A stretch of 64,000 nt of DNA from Lama guanicoe (taxonomy: Eukaryota). Below the pieces are notes generated by a model, which saw only the letters and a program-made list of their open reading frames with translations, was not told the DNA's origin and ran no database searches. The position numbers and the translations under genes are program-made. The stretch is taken from positions 808,001 to 872,000 of the forward strand of contig MU054391.1 of assembly GCA_013239625.1 (NCBI GenBank), in the 5' to 3' direction. Positions 1 through 11,685 of this stretch are shown piece after piece (positions within the stretch are counted from its first letter, which is position 1; every line of letters starts with the position of its first letter).

Positions 1-50
1 GCATGTCCTTCTCTGGCAGGAGAAACGCACCAGACGAGACACACCCTCAC

Positions 51-156
51 CTGGAGGAGCTTTCCAGGATGGAAATCAGGGCAGACAAGTGACCCAAATG
101 GTAGGAGGAGGCCCCAGAGACAGAGCATGTAAGGGAGAGGAGGAGGGGACAGAGTT
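51..156 (-). other. Candidate internal exon (106 nt) of an unidentified minus-strand transcript
   Basis: On the minus strand, acceptor tccttcctccccacctccttctag| and donor CAG|gtgagg are both close to consensus. No recognisable protein in any frame. Confidence 0.3.
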
Positions 157-861
157 CTAGAAGGAGGTGGGGAGGAAGGAGCGCTGGGCTGGGCGCAGGG
201 GCTGTGAGGGGACCCTGAGTGCAGCCCACGGTCTCACACTGACCCCACTGGGAAGGGGTGAGGCGGCTGTGGGTCAACGTGCGTGAGTTCTGTCCATTGG
301 ATGATGGGTCGTGGGCCTGGGTGACCCTGAAATCCCCTGTGGACCTGACACTGCCTGGTTTGGTCTCAGGAGACCGAAGCTGGGCCTCTGGAGAGAAGTC
401 CTGCAGGAAGGCGGGGCAGTGGCCAGGGGGCCACAGACTCCGCTGGACAGGCCCGGCCCCTGAGGACAGGACTGGGAGCTTCTCTGTCTGTTTTCTCTAA
501 CCCCAGGGTGGGGCCGGGCAGCCCAGCAGAGAGGAGAGCCGCAGAAGGAAGAGGAGCCCGGATGGATAAGGGCCTGGAGGAGGAAGGGGTGGGGACCTCA
601 GGGCAGGACGTGGGGACGGAGGAGTGAGGCGCAGAGGTCAGGGAGCGGGCAGCTGTGACCACAGGGATGCAGTTTGTGGACCACAGTCTACACAGCCGTC
701 TGACCCACCAGCCCTTCACATGCACGCAGCCTGGGGCCACAGAGGGAGGGTTACCTTGCAGGAAGCCTTCTCTCCTAGGAACGGAGGCAGCGTGACTCCG
801 TGGGCAGGACACAGGCCAGGGCCAGGGCTCCTCTCTGCCTTCTAATCCTGGTCCTCCCCAG

Positions 862-935
862 CCTGGGACTGCAAGCGAAGTCACTTAACTTCTCTGTGCC
901 TCGATTTCTCCATCTGCAAAATAGAACAGCAGTGA
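862..935 (+). mobile_element. MIR SINE core fragment
   Basis: aagtcacttaacttctctgtgcctcgatttctccatctgcaaaatag matches the MIR core. Confidence 0.75.
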
Positions 936-1454
936 GAGGCGCCTACTGGTTTCACTCTGACATGAGGAAGCAGCGTAAACAGAGACTCTCTCGGCATCAG
1001 TACCACCCACAGCTCCCCTGGGACCGGCTGTCCTCTGTCCCACCCTTGGACAATGGTCCCCATGAGGTTATTCTCCAGGACCTGGGGCTGCTGCCTGGCC
1101 CAGAGGAAAAGTCTTCCCTGGGTCCCGTCCAGGACAAGCTCTATCTGGGAAGTGTGGCTCCCTGCCAGGAGAGTAGGCTACACAGGCTGCGGGACATTCT
1201 GCTCCCCCGGGAAGGTCCTTGAACTCCTGGGCCGGGGGGACCGGTCTCCCTCTAGGCACCCTTCCTAGACCGTCCGTCCTGGATCTGGGGTGGAAGCAGC
1301 CTACGCGGCAGCATGGCAGGGTTACTCCAGAGTTCGCACGGGATCCGCACTTCGTGTGATTTCTACAGGCAGCTCAGGGGCTGCAGGACGAGGCTGGTCT
1401 CACAGCTGACGGAGCAGGAAAAGTGCACACAGCACCAGTTTCTTACCCATTTCG

Positions 1455-1560
1455 TCATCTGCCAACTTTTCACATGAGGAAACTGACACTCAGAGAGGCT
1501 GAACTATGGGCTCAAAGCTACCAGCCCGCCAGCAGGAGAGCATGCTTGGAGCTGCTCCCT
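1455..1560 (-). mobile_element. MIR SINE fragment
   Basis: ttttcacatgaggaaactgacactcagagagg is the reverse MIR core. Confidence 0.65.
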
Positions 1561-1841
1561 CATGCTCGTGAATCGAGGATGCCTCCCAGTGCAGCTGGGC
1601 TGTGCAGCCACCACCCAGGAGGACCCGGGGCAGGAGTCTGGGTCCCGGGTCCCGGAAGAGCCTGCAGCTGGAGGCACAGGGCGCTTTCCTCCACACACAC
1701 CACAGATATTCATTCAAATGGGTTCACTCATTCGAAAGGATCCAGCGCCTCGGGCTTGTGAGGTTTGCTGGGACGGAGCATCTCTGGGCTGCTTTAAACC
1801 TCAGAAGGTCAAGGGAACGGAGAGCCTGGCAGTGCTTAGAG

Positions 1842-1880
1842 ACGAGGCCTCGGGGCCCACGAGGCCTCGGGGCCCACGAG
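1842..1880. repeat. 17-bp tandem duplication (2.3 copies)
   Basis: acgaggcctcggggccc occurs twice, followed by acgag. Confidence 0.95.
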
Positions 1881-3174
1881 CAGTGCTGGCGTTTCAGCTA
1901 GCCCGCGGCACAGACGCCAGCACCACGCTCCAGCGTAACGTCAGCCTTCTTGGATGACCAGACTGCTCACGTGAACAGCAGACAACTGGACAGCTGAGTC
2001 AGATGAGAAGCCGCGGGACTCATGAGGGCCGCTTTCCGTGGAAGTCAGCCATCCCTTCGTGTTCCCTGGGCCCCGGGCATCCGGCCACCTCTGTCCACCC
2101 AGGGCTGAGCTGCAAAGCCTTCCCTCATACACTGACTTTTCCCAAGGCACGATTTCATCCCCGGACAAGGGCTAAGTGTTTGCGCGTCTGTGTCATGCCA
2201 GGCACACAAGCACACAGACCACAGAGACTTAAAATCATAAATCCCCAGAAACAGAAAGGAATTAGACCAGATTTGTCTTTTTTCTTTTCAACTTTGCCAT
2301 TTAAAACAAAAGACCTTCTCCTGGGCTGTGGTAACGGCCCTCCAATTTCACTGCGAGCAGGTCACCTGCCTCACAGCTCAACCCTCTGGGCCGCGAGGCT
2401 CCAAAGCAGCCGGTTCCACCTGCCTGTGTCTTAGGTGCTGGCTAATACGGCTTTGTTGATGGGAAGACAGAGAAAAGAAAACAGAAAAAGACAAAAAGAG
2501 AGAACTAGAAAAAAGAAGACAGCGTTCCTGCGGACCGTGTGGGAGGAACTGGGATCTAGAACAGACCAGGCTGTGCCATGCAAGTGACTCCACCAGCCAG
2601 GAAGTGTGTGACGGTCCGAAGACCTGAGCTCAGACGGACGTGGGCCACAGGAACACCGCCACTCGGCCCCTCCCCACCTGAGCGCTCATTTCCTGCGACC
2701 GTCCGTCTCTAAGCTAGACAGCAGACTCAGAATGGAGCCAGCAGAGCACAGAAGCTCACTGAATGGCAGTGGCTTGTATGTTATTACCACTGAATAGACG
2801 TTTATCAGCACGCCTGCCTGCAACTCCGAGGTTCCGTTTCTCGCCTATGACATGATGATGGTACAGCTCCCTAAGTAGGAGCCCCCGAATTAACTCAGAC
2901 GTTAGTGACTGAGGGTTCACCGCCTGCTGCCCTCGCCTGGGCTGCGTGACTTGGTATAAAACAGGACAGAAAAGATACTGCTGCATAAACTCAAAGAAAG
3001 GACAACAGAAAGAACAGAGAGAAATTAGGATTAACGCAGTTGCAACTTTAAATATGCAGAAAACAATTTATTCAGGATGCAAAGAAAAAGAGAACAGATG
3101 AAAGAACCAAAAGAAAAACATCATAGAACACTGTTTGGGCGGAGTAGAAATACCATGGTCACCATGAAACTTAC

Positions 3175-3208
3175 CAAAAACCCAATAATTGAGAAAATAC
3201 AACGCAAT
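3175..3208 (-). other. Candidate micro-exon (34 nt, or 37 nt with the upstream AG of a TAGTAG acceptor)
   Basis: Minus strand reads ttgttttaatttgtattttag-tag|ATTGCGTTGTATTTTCTCAATTATTGGGTTTTTG|gtaagttt, with a strong donor and acceptor. Phase 0 gives IALYFLNYWVF. Confidence 0.45.
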
Positions 3209-3886
3209 CTACTAAAATACAAATTAAAACAAGTGGCTCCATTGGCAGTGTGCTCAGATTTGATCCTGAGACATATGGGGATGTTGGCCTTTTTAAAATA
3301 AATTATTTCATGAAGCTACAGCTAGAAGCAGCATTTTGCAAGCAGCAAATATTCAACTGTATTAGTAATATCATCCAGAAATACACTTACAAACAGCTCA
3401 TAATATTTAAAAATTAAACAATTAAGTTATATATAACAAGCGACAAGCAAACTGTTAACTATGATTCAGCTCATACCCTCAGCATTAACTAACTTGGACG
3501 ATCTGAGATCCAGTTGTCACATAAACCTGAGCACTTTCGTCTGTGGCTTCTGTGTTTTGTTGATAACAAAGTCATGCAGGACAACGCCCTTCACAGAGAG
3601 CACGCAGAACAGGGGTCGCAGTGCAACAGAGCGAGCTCCCGCCCAGAAGCAGCGGGTTCTCCTGTTTAATCAGAATTTGGCTCCTGTGACTCAGAGCAGA
3701 ATATTCACTGCACAAAGCCTAAAGTCCTGTCCCTGAGGCAGGGTGGGGCAGGCTGAGTCCCACTCGCCCCTGCGGCCACACCGGTGTGGGTGGTCAGGCG
3801 TCCTGCCCAGGGGCCATCAGGACTCAGGACCTATCATAGTCCCTCTTTGTTGGAACCCAGTTCTTTTTTTAACATTAAAATGCAGT

Positions 3887-4053
3887 GGCACAGGGAACTA
3901 TCCAATACCTTGTAATAGAACAATAATATAATTCTCCATAATGAAAAAGAATATGAAAAATAATATATGTATGTATACGTGCGCCCGAGTCACTAAGCTG
4001 TAAGCAGAAATTGACCCAACACTGTAAACCGACTATACTTCAATCAAAAAAAA
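3887..4053 (+). mobile_element. L1 3'-terminal fragment (cetartiodactyl type) with A tail
   Basis: gcacagggaactatccaataccttgtaat...aatgaaaaagaatatgaaaaa...actgtaaaccgactatacttcaatcaaaaaaaa. Confidence 0.85.
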
Positions 4054-4203
4054 GTCACTGGCAGAAATTCTCTCTGGGATATTTATTTTAGGAAATCAAG
4101 GTCTCAGACCTATTTTTTTTTTTCATTTGATTTTGAAGAACGTGCATCAAAAGTGTCTGAGAACTTGAAAGGAAGAGAGACCAGCTGGGTGCTGGCGGCT
4201 CAC

Positions 4204-4355
4204 GGCGGGATCGCTGGCCTGGCTGCCCTCCTCCCTCTGGAGCGGAAGAGGTGCCGGGGCAGGGCGGTCTGCTCTCAGGGTCCCGGAACAGCCTCCCTGC
4301 TGGATTTCCTCTCCACTTCGTAGACTCAGCCCAGGCGTCTTTTCAGAACGAGGAC
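4204..4355 (-). other. Candidate exon (152 nt) of the same minus-strand transcript
   Basis: Acceptor cctttccttgcag| and donor GCC|gtgagc. Open frame PRSEKTPGLSLRSGEEIQ...SQASDPA ends in phase 0. Confidence 0.3.
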
Positions 4356-4944
4356 CTGCAAGGAAAGGTCCCTGCGCGGGCCTGCAGGTGGAACGTACCT
4401 CACTTTACCCTCTCCTGCCACTTCTGAGGCGTAAGCTGTCTCGCCAAGACGAGGGGCAACGCTTCCTCTGGAGCCTCCACCACTGAGGCCAGTCTGCTCT
4501 GCTCTCCTCGGAGCAAGGTCCTCCCCAAACGGCTCTCGGCACCTTCCTCCTCCCGGCTCCCTGGGGCTGCTGTGTGTCGGTGCGGGAATCTGGCCTCATT
4601 CTTACTGCTAGACCAGGGCGGCCGCGCACCCTGAAGCCCGCCGTCCCCTGAGAACGCTCTTCTCCCTTCTCTGATAACTTCTCCCTTCTTCTTCTCTTTA
4701 CTGTTTTTTTTTTTAATATCTACTAAATGGACTTGAATTGTCTAAATTTATCCTGCTGATAAGTGGACCCTACAGCTTTCACATATACATATTATTCTTT
4801 TTCTTTCTTCTCCAGCTTTTGGAAGGTTTCTGAAATTAATCTTTGAGTTCTTCAATCATCATTTACAATTTCAAGAATCTTATCTTGTGGGCCCAGATCA
4901 GTTTCTGTCACAGTTACACACCTGCGTTGACCTTGGTGATTATG

Positions 4945-5060
4945 TGCCTTTGAGCAAGAGGGTAAAGAGCATGTCTCACAGCTGAGGCACCAACGCCTCG
5001 CAGACCACGGGGCACGTAACAGGCATTGGGTCAGCATTTGGTTGATAATGAAGGAAGGAG
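4945..5060 (+). mobile_element. L2 3' end fragment
   Basis: ...ggcacgtaacaggcattgggtcagcatttggttgataatgaagg resembles the L2 terminus. Confidence 0.55.
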
Positions 5061-5504
5061 GGAGGGAGGGAGCACTCGCAGTCACAGACACTCTAGAAGA
5101 ACGGTTTTCAGGAATAATATTGGACTCCAGCCCTGCGAACCCACCTAGGCCTCCACGCCACCCCAAAGTAAAGGCACCATGGCTCCAAAATGTGAATCCC
5201 TTCTTCTCGAGTGCCTCACCCCTGTTTCAGGCTTGACTGATTTTCACACTACTATACACGTGACAGGACCACTCACATCGATGACCCTAGCTTACACCTA
5301 TCAGCTCAGCCTCACATTTCATTCCTGATGCCTTTTGGATTTTTCTAGATCTTCCAGACAAAGCATTAAAAAAAATCACCAGGTTGGAGGATAACTTACT
5401 AAACACCCATTGACCCTGTTCCCTATGTCGCGCGTGGCACCGTCAGTCACGCTTCCCTGCAACTTCCCCTGGTCCCCCACCCAGATGATTAGGGGTCACT
5501 TAAG

Positions 5505-6050
5505 TCCAGCTCTCAAATGTCTGTCCAAGCGTTTTCCACTCCTCCCGTGTCGCCTTAGCCCACACACGTGACCACGACCCGGCCTGACGGCGTCTTCCCT
5601 GATGCCCGTAAGGGCTCCCAGCTCGAATCCGTCCACTCTCTACACTAAGATGCGACTCAAATCAGCGCCGGTCAGATGGCCAGAGCTTCCTCTCGCTGGT
5701 AAGCCTTCAGTGTTGCCCCACCTCCGTCAAACCAGGGTGAGGCTCTCGGGTGGATCCCTCAGGTCTCCAGTCGGGGCTCCGGCCCACCTGCGGAGCCCAC
5801 CTGGCGATGGTCCCCACCGCACTGTCACACCAGGTGGCACTGCCCGGGCTTCTTCCCCAGGTGTGTCCGCACACAGCCCTCTGGGGGACCATGTCTCTCC
5901 CTCTGACTCTGTCCCCGTCACCTCTGGGAGAAGCTGAGGGGCACCCCAGCCCCCCAGGCTGGCTCAGCCCCTCCTCCACGTTGCTACACGCCTTGTGCTG
6001 CTTTTTATCAGAAAGCCTGTCGTATTTGTTCACATGAATCCGTTCCATTC
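5505..6050 (+). mobile_element. Degraded L2 3' region
   Basis: Pyrimidine-rich L2-like segments (ctctcaaatgtctgtcc..., aagccttcagtgttgcccc) ending in tatttgttcacatgaat. Confidence 0.45.
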
Positions 6051-6084
6051 ATGTCTTCCCTCATTTCAGACAGAAAGCACGTTA

Positions 6085-7085
6085 CTCCGTGCACCGCGGC
6101 CCCGCCTTCTGGTCCGTCCAAAGCGGGGCTCGCGCTCTCCTTTCGCGTCCCGCGCTCACGGCGCACGTGGGGCGCGGGCCGGCGGGGCCGGGGCGGGGGG
6201 ACTCCTGCCGGGTCCCCGCGCTGCTCCTCCGCGCGAGAGGCGCCGGGGGCGGGCCGTACCGGCCGCGGGAAGCCTAGAGTCTCCGCCGCCCCGTCCGCCC
6301 CCTCTGGTGCCGGTGGAGACACGCAGGACGGAGGGCTGCTCGGCGCCCAGAGGCCGGAGGGCGGGGGGCCCGCAGGCGGGAGCGGGCTTGCTGCCGGGGA
6401 GCTCTGCTCGGCTGCGGGACAGCCGCGCGCGCTCACAGCGGCTGAAGCCGACCCGCACCGCCCGGACGCCGCCAGCCAGCACCCAGCCGCGTGCACTGCG
6501 GTCCGGAGGCGGCCGCGGCACAGCGGCTGAGCACCGCGTCCGACAGCGGTGCCCCCGACCCCGTCCCCAGCAGCCGGAGCGGAGCGGGGGTCGCAGGGTG
6601 GGCTGGGGGCTGTCTTGCTCCGAGGCTCCCAGGCCCCAGGGCGGCCACCTTGGGGGCCTCCCTCAGCCTCCTCCCGCACAGCTGAGGCCCCGGCTCCCGA
6701 GCACCCGCCAGGGACGGTCCTCCTCCTCCGGCTCGCCCCCCACGCCCGTGCGGCCCGCGTCACCCGCGACGGGGCGAGGGCAGCGGCCGGGGGCCGGCTC
6801 CTCGGGGCGCGGCGTGTCCACAGCCCGGGTGAGTGGGGAGGCCGCCCGCGCTTGTCAAGCGGGCCTGGGTTCTGCCTTGATCGGCCCGCTCTCTTCTGTG
6901 TGGCCCGGCTGCTGAGTCCCAGACGCCCTCCCGATGGGGGCTCGTTCCCGCCGGTTCGATGGTGGGCGTGTGGAACGAGGCCACGCGCCGAATCCCCCGC
7001 AGGTAACGGCGCCCGCGCAGGAGGCCTTTCTCCGGGGCAAAGCGGGTGATGACGGGGCTTCGCAGCAACGTTCGAAGGGCTTACG
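6085..7085. promoter_or_regulatory. CpG island / probable promoter
   Basis: About 1 kb of very high GC and CpG density. Contains GC boxes (ggggcgggg) and a G4-capable run at 6169-6200. Splice donors on both strands: plus CGG|gtgagt at 6828/6829, minus GCT|gtgagc near 6438 and CCG|gtacgg near 6259. No ATG seen on the minus strand within the island. Confidence 0.85.
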
Positions 7086-8111
7086 GTGTAACTTGGAAAT
7101 AAATATTAAGCTGCAAAATTATGATAAGCTCTTGTCCAAAAAGCAATGGAAATGAACAGATTTTGGCAGGACGTGAGTCCATATGTTGATAATACCTGTG
7201 ACGGGGGTGGGGATTTGGGAACACTTTTTAGCTTCCAAACTCTCCCTACTGTGGCAACGCATCCCCGACCTGCTAGTGGGGTGGCCAGGTAGCCCCTCAA
7301 ACATTAAATGCATATTCTGGCTAATAAATAAAGTTTTATAAACTTATATTCATTTTAATAAATAAATTCTGAGCACAAAAGGAGACCTGTCTTTGGCTAG
7401 GCTGACTGTCTTTCACGACAATATTGGAGATTTTTGTTTTGTTCTGTTTAACTTCCCATTAATGAGGACTTACTTTGGGCAGGAGATGGAAATTAGACCC
7501 AAATGAGTCACTAGTCGTACAAGGACCGCTGGGCTGGATGGGGAGTCACCCTTCCACCTGGGGAGGCTCTGGGGCGGACAGACCAGGGCCAGGTTGTTTT
7601 AAAACTGTCGTTTTAATTTTCGGTACAAGAAAAGCTTAGACACATCGGCTCAGATTAGGTCTAGCAGACAGTGTACCTGCTCCACACTTTTCTGCCACAC
7701 ATCTTTTGTTATGTGCGCAGAGTTAATGCCTAATTATTTGTCCTTCAAACCCTCAAGAAGTAGGAAGGAGGCCAGAGCAAAGTCTCCCTGGAGCCTGGAC
7801 TGCACCCCTGCCAACGGCGTGGGCAGACGGACCCTCCTGTCACCTACTGTTCGCCTGAAGATGAGCCCACCTGCAGGCGGCTGGCAAGGGTTCCCAAGGC
7901 TTTCTGCATTTTGGAAGTTGAGTTGCAGAGAGAGGACACTTCCTGGGGTGGGTGCTGCTCGCAGCACGTCTGCACGTGCTGGGTGTGGGAACGAGTGTCC
8001 GGAGGAGCCCCTGATGTGTTGCTCAGATGGTGGTGAGGATGGGTTTTGAGTTGGGTTAGAAATATCAACCTACTTTAGCCCAATATTCAACTCTGCCTTC
8101 AGTAGGAAGTC

Positions 8112-8260
8112 AGTTTTATTATCTCCACTTCTCCCACAAAGGAACTGATTCTGGGGACTTAGGCAAGGTCAGGTCCCATGCCCAAGGTCACTCAGGTTTG
8201 ATGTCCAAGCCCAGCGGTTCTGACCCCGAGTCCATGGCTCTAAAGGGATATGTGAATATG
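8112..8260 (-). mobile_element. MIR SINE fragment
   Basis: ttttattatctccac...aggaactga...tgcccaaggtcactcag...tctgaccccgagtcc. Confidence 0.55.
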
Positions 8261-8361
8261 TTACCAGTGGGAGGAGTTCAGACATCATCAGTTCCTGTAG
8301 ACCGGACCTTCCATTTCAGGCCCTTCCACTGAGACAGATATGTTTATCTGTCATTTTAAAA

Positions 8362-9069
8362 GAATTCCTCATATAAGTGATATTATATGATATTTGTCTT
8401 TCTCCTCTGACTTAGCATCTCCAGGTCCATCCATGTTGCTGCAAGTGGCATTATTTTGCTCTTTTTTATGGCTGAGTAGTATTCCATTGTATAAATATAT
8501 CACAGCTTCTTTATCCAGTCATCTGTCAGTGGGCATTTAGGCTGTTTCCATGTCTTGGCTATTGTAAATAGTGCTGCTGTGAACACTGGGGTGCAGGTGT
8601 CTTTTCAAATTAGAGTTCCCTCTGGATATATGCCCAGGAGTGGGATTGCTGGGTCACAGGGCCTATTTTTAGTCTTTTGAAGAATTTCCATACTGTTCTC
8701 CTTAATGGCTGCACCAAACTGCATTCCCACCAGCAGTGTAGGAGGGTTCCCTTTTCTCCACAGCCTCTCCAGCATTTATCCTTCATGGACTTTTTAATGA
8801 TGGCCATTCTGACTGGTGTGAGGTGATACCTACCTCACTGTAGTTTTGATTTGCATTTCTCTGATAATTAGCAATACTGAGCATTTTTTCATGTGCTTAT
8901 GGGTCATCTGTACGTCTTCATTGGAGAATTGCTTGTTTAGGTTTTCTGCCCATTTTTGGATTGGGTTTTTAAAATTATTATTATTATTAAGCTGTATGAG
9001 CTGTTTGTATATTCTGGAAGGTAAGCCCTTGTCAGTCGCATTGTTGCAAATATTTTTCTCCCAGTCCAT
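8362..9069 (-). mobile_element. L1 fragment: ORF2 C-terminus plus start of 3' UTR
   Basis: Minus-strand ORFs 8830..9087 ([22 protein letters not shown]...[11 protein letters not shown]) and 8610..8807 ([20 protein letters not shown]) are the L1 ORF2p C-terminal/cysteine-rich region, with frameshifts. Confidence 0.95.
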
Positions 9070-9760
9070 CGGCTGAGACAGACACATGTATCAGCTTTGC
9101 TTGTATCTGCTGGAACGTCCAGGTTCATCTAAACACATGCACACAACACACAACTTACCCAGATAGGATTGGCCCTATCACATATGTAAATGCACAGAAT
9201 TACTCACTGTTAAACATAAATGCTATCACGTTTTACACCTTCTACAAACTTTTCGTTTTGGTTAGAGTCGGAAACATTTCCACGTGAGTGCAATAAGCTC
9301 TCCCTCAAATCCTGTAACTGGGGTAATTGCTCCACAACACGGTTCCACGTAACCTGCGAGCCTGACAAAGGTCTTCACGTGAGTTCAGCTTGTTTCCTGT
9401 GCTTCGCTAAATGATGCTCTGACAAACGGTCTTGACTGCATCTCCTCCTCAGGCATGTGCACCTGCACTTCTCAACATTTAAGATTTTAACAGATACCGG
9501 CAACTTGCACGTTGAAGTGGCTGAATCCGTCCACAATCAGTTGGTGTCGCACCCCCCACCTTCGCAGCGCTTGGTGTCGCCCTGTTTGGCTTGTGTTTGA
9601 CAGATGACTGGAGTCCATCTCTCCATGCATGTCTCTCTCGTCTTCTGTGATTTAGCTGACTATACCCTTTACCTTCTGGATTATATTTTAATTAAAAATT
9701 TTTAACATAATTCTTTTTGTTTATTTTTGGCTTGGTTTTTAAGACAATTATTATTCGGGG

Positions 9761-9887
9761 TTTTTTTGGGGGGGTAGATAATTAGGTTTAGTTATTTACT
9801 TATTTATTGTAACGGAGGTGCTGGGACTGAACCTAGGACCTCGTGTGTGTGAAGCACATGCTGCACCGCTGCGCTGTGCCCTCCCCC
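9761..9887 (-). mobile_element. Camelid tRNA-derived SINE (vic-1-like)
   Basis: Reverse complement: gggggagggcacagcgcagcggtgcagcatgtgcttcacacacacgaggtcctaggttcagtcccagcacctcc, then an AT-rich linker, aaacctaattatctacccccc and an A tail. Degenerate A and B boxes are present. Confidence 0.85.
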
Positions 9888-11685
9888 GCCGTGTTTACGT
9901 GTGTTCTGGATATCTGTGCTTTCCATGTTGTACACTCAGCAAACGCTTCTCCCCAGGCTCTCCCTGGTCTTCAGCCCTGTTTGCAAACGTTCCTGGTGCC
10001 TGTTCTAGCTCTGGACGTGGTTACACTCATCATCCTCTCCTGGTGAAACTTCCATTTTCCCTGCCGCGTCTCAGAGGGCCCCCAACTCTGAGGTGAAGCA
10101 CGCACTCCGGGGTGTTTCCTGAGCCCTCCCAGCTCATGTCTGTGAGCATGTGCCTCAGTCCAAGGACCACTGCTGCCTGGAGCAGCTGGCCTTGGATGAC
10201 GACCGGCTTCAGGAGCCTGTGAGAGCCCCGCCTGGTGCTGGAGGCACCCCGTGTGCAGGACAAGGTCTGAGTGAAGGTGGACAACGGGGGTGGAGGGGAT
10301 GAGCGCCTGGAGGGAAGCGGCCAGGGCTCTCGGGCAGTAGGGGGTGGGGGGCCCTTTCCAGGTTGGGGCTCTGCTCCCCCAAGGAAGGCTGTGTGGGGTC
10401 CAACCCAAGGGAAGAGGCAGCTGGCTGAGGACTGAGGGGCGAGGGGCGCCCAGGCCAGCAAGGGAAGGAGGCGGGGGTCAGAGGGACAACGCAGGCAGGC
10501 CAGGTCCTCAGGGGCCCCTGATGCCCTCCCGACAGAGCGGGTCCTGTGCCGAGCATGGCGGGCGGTCCTTGGGTTCAAGGCGGGGGTCACGCGATCCAGT
10601 TAAGTTCGGACCCGGCCCCTTGTGCTTGGTTGTCGGTGCTCCGTCTGGCATCAGAGTCGGGGGACAGCAGATGGGACTCCCTCCTGGGAAACAGGCCCTT
10701 CCTCTGAGACCTGCGGACAGAACCTCGGGGGACTGGGAATACGGCTTGGACATGTGTGTTTGAGGATGTCCATATCCTGAGATCCTGAGAGCAGAGGGCC
10801 ACACAATCGTACTTCCAGAAACTCTCTAAGCCTCTGCAGACAGGAGCTGGGCTCCTGCCTCAGGGCTGGGGGTTGCGAGGGAGACACCCTGCAGGTGTTC
10901 CAGCCCTGCACAGGGCTCTGGTACTAGACAGAACAGCTTCAGAGTGCTGGTTAACAGGGCCACAGCACAGCCCCCCGAGAACACGCGGGTCTGCCCGGGT
11001 TGGACCACGAGCTGGGAGCCTTCTCTCTAGACAGGAGGGGGTCCTGCCCCCCGGCTCCCACCCCGAGCCCCGACACCCACCTCCAGGTGGTCTGAAACCA
11101 TGGGTAAGCTCTTGGTTGGTTATAAATTTAAATGCCCTTTATTTAATGGAAAAGCAGTTTTCTTTGTCAGACTCAAAGTTCCAGAGCATTCATTTGAAAT
11201 AATTTTGGATAAAGAGAAACACATGTTCAACCAGGTCAAAGATGCTCGAGCTTGTCTGGGAGACTCTGCAATCTTCCCTCTGCCTCTTGTGAAATCTATC
11301 AGACCTTCTCCGGGGTTAGAACCAGATGCAAAGTGTTGATGCATTAGGGTGACATCCATCCTGATTTCTAGATCCCAAAGTACCATTTTTCAGCCCGCAA
11401 GCTGACATGGTCAAATGGGGCAAAGGTGACAGAAGATAGGTCGTTCGCTCACGTGTGACCAGAGTGACTGGGACATTCCATCTTCAAGCACTGCTGCTGT
11501 CGAGAGCTGACAACACGGACCGACGGGAGCATGCTCCAATGTCACGCACGCCCAGGGCTCCCGGGGGTGACCTACGAACCCGTGGTTTCCCCACCTCTTG
11601 GAAGGGACGCAGCCCCACAGCCGCCCGGGACTGGCTCCTGTGCTGTGAAAGCGGGGCCACCAGTAAACGCCGTTTCACGACCTAA

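Noticed and set aside
6156..6521. WVLAGG...RPLGA resembles the EVC2 N-terminus
   Set aside because: There is no ATG or hydrophobic signal peptide, the spacing is wrong, and no head-to-head EVC coding exons appear in the window. Judged coincidental.
5995..6915. 306-aa plus ORF and 251-aa minus ORF across the CpG island
   Set aside because: Stop-codon scarcity in a CpG island explains them; the composition is low-complexity, there is no domain, and the minus frame has no ATG.
9810..9887. tRNA-like sequence (also at 39750-39824)
   Set aside because: It is a SINE head with degenerate stems followed by a SINE body and tail, not a tRNA gene.
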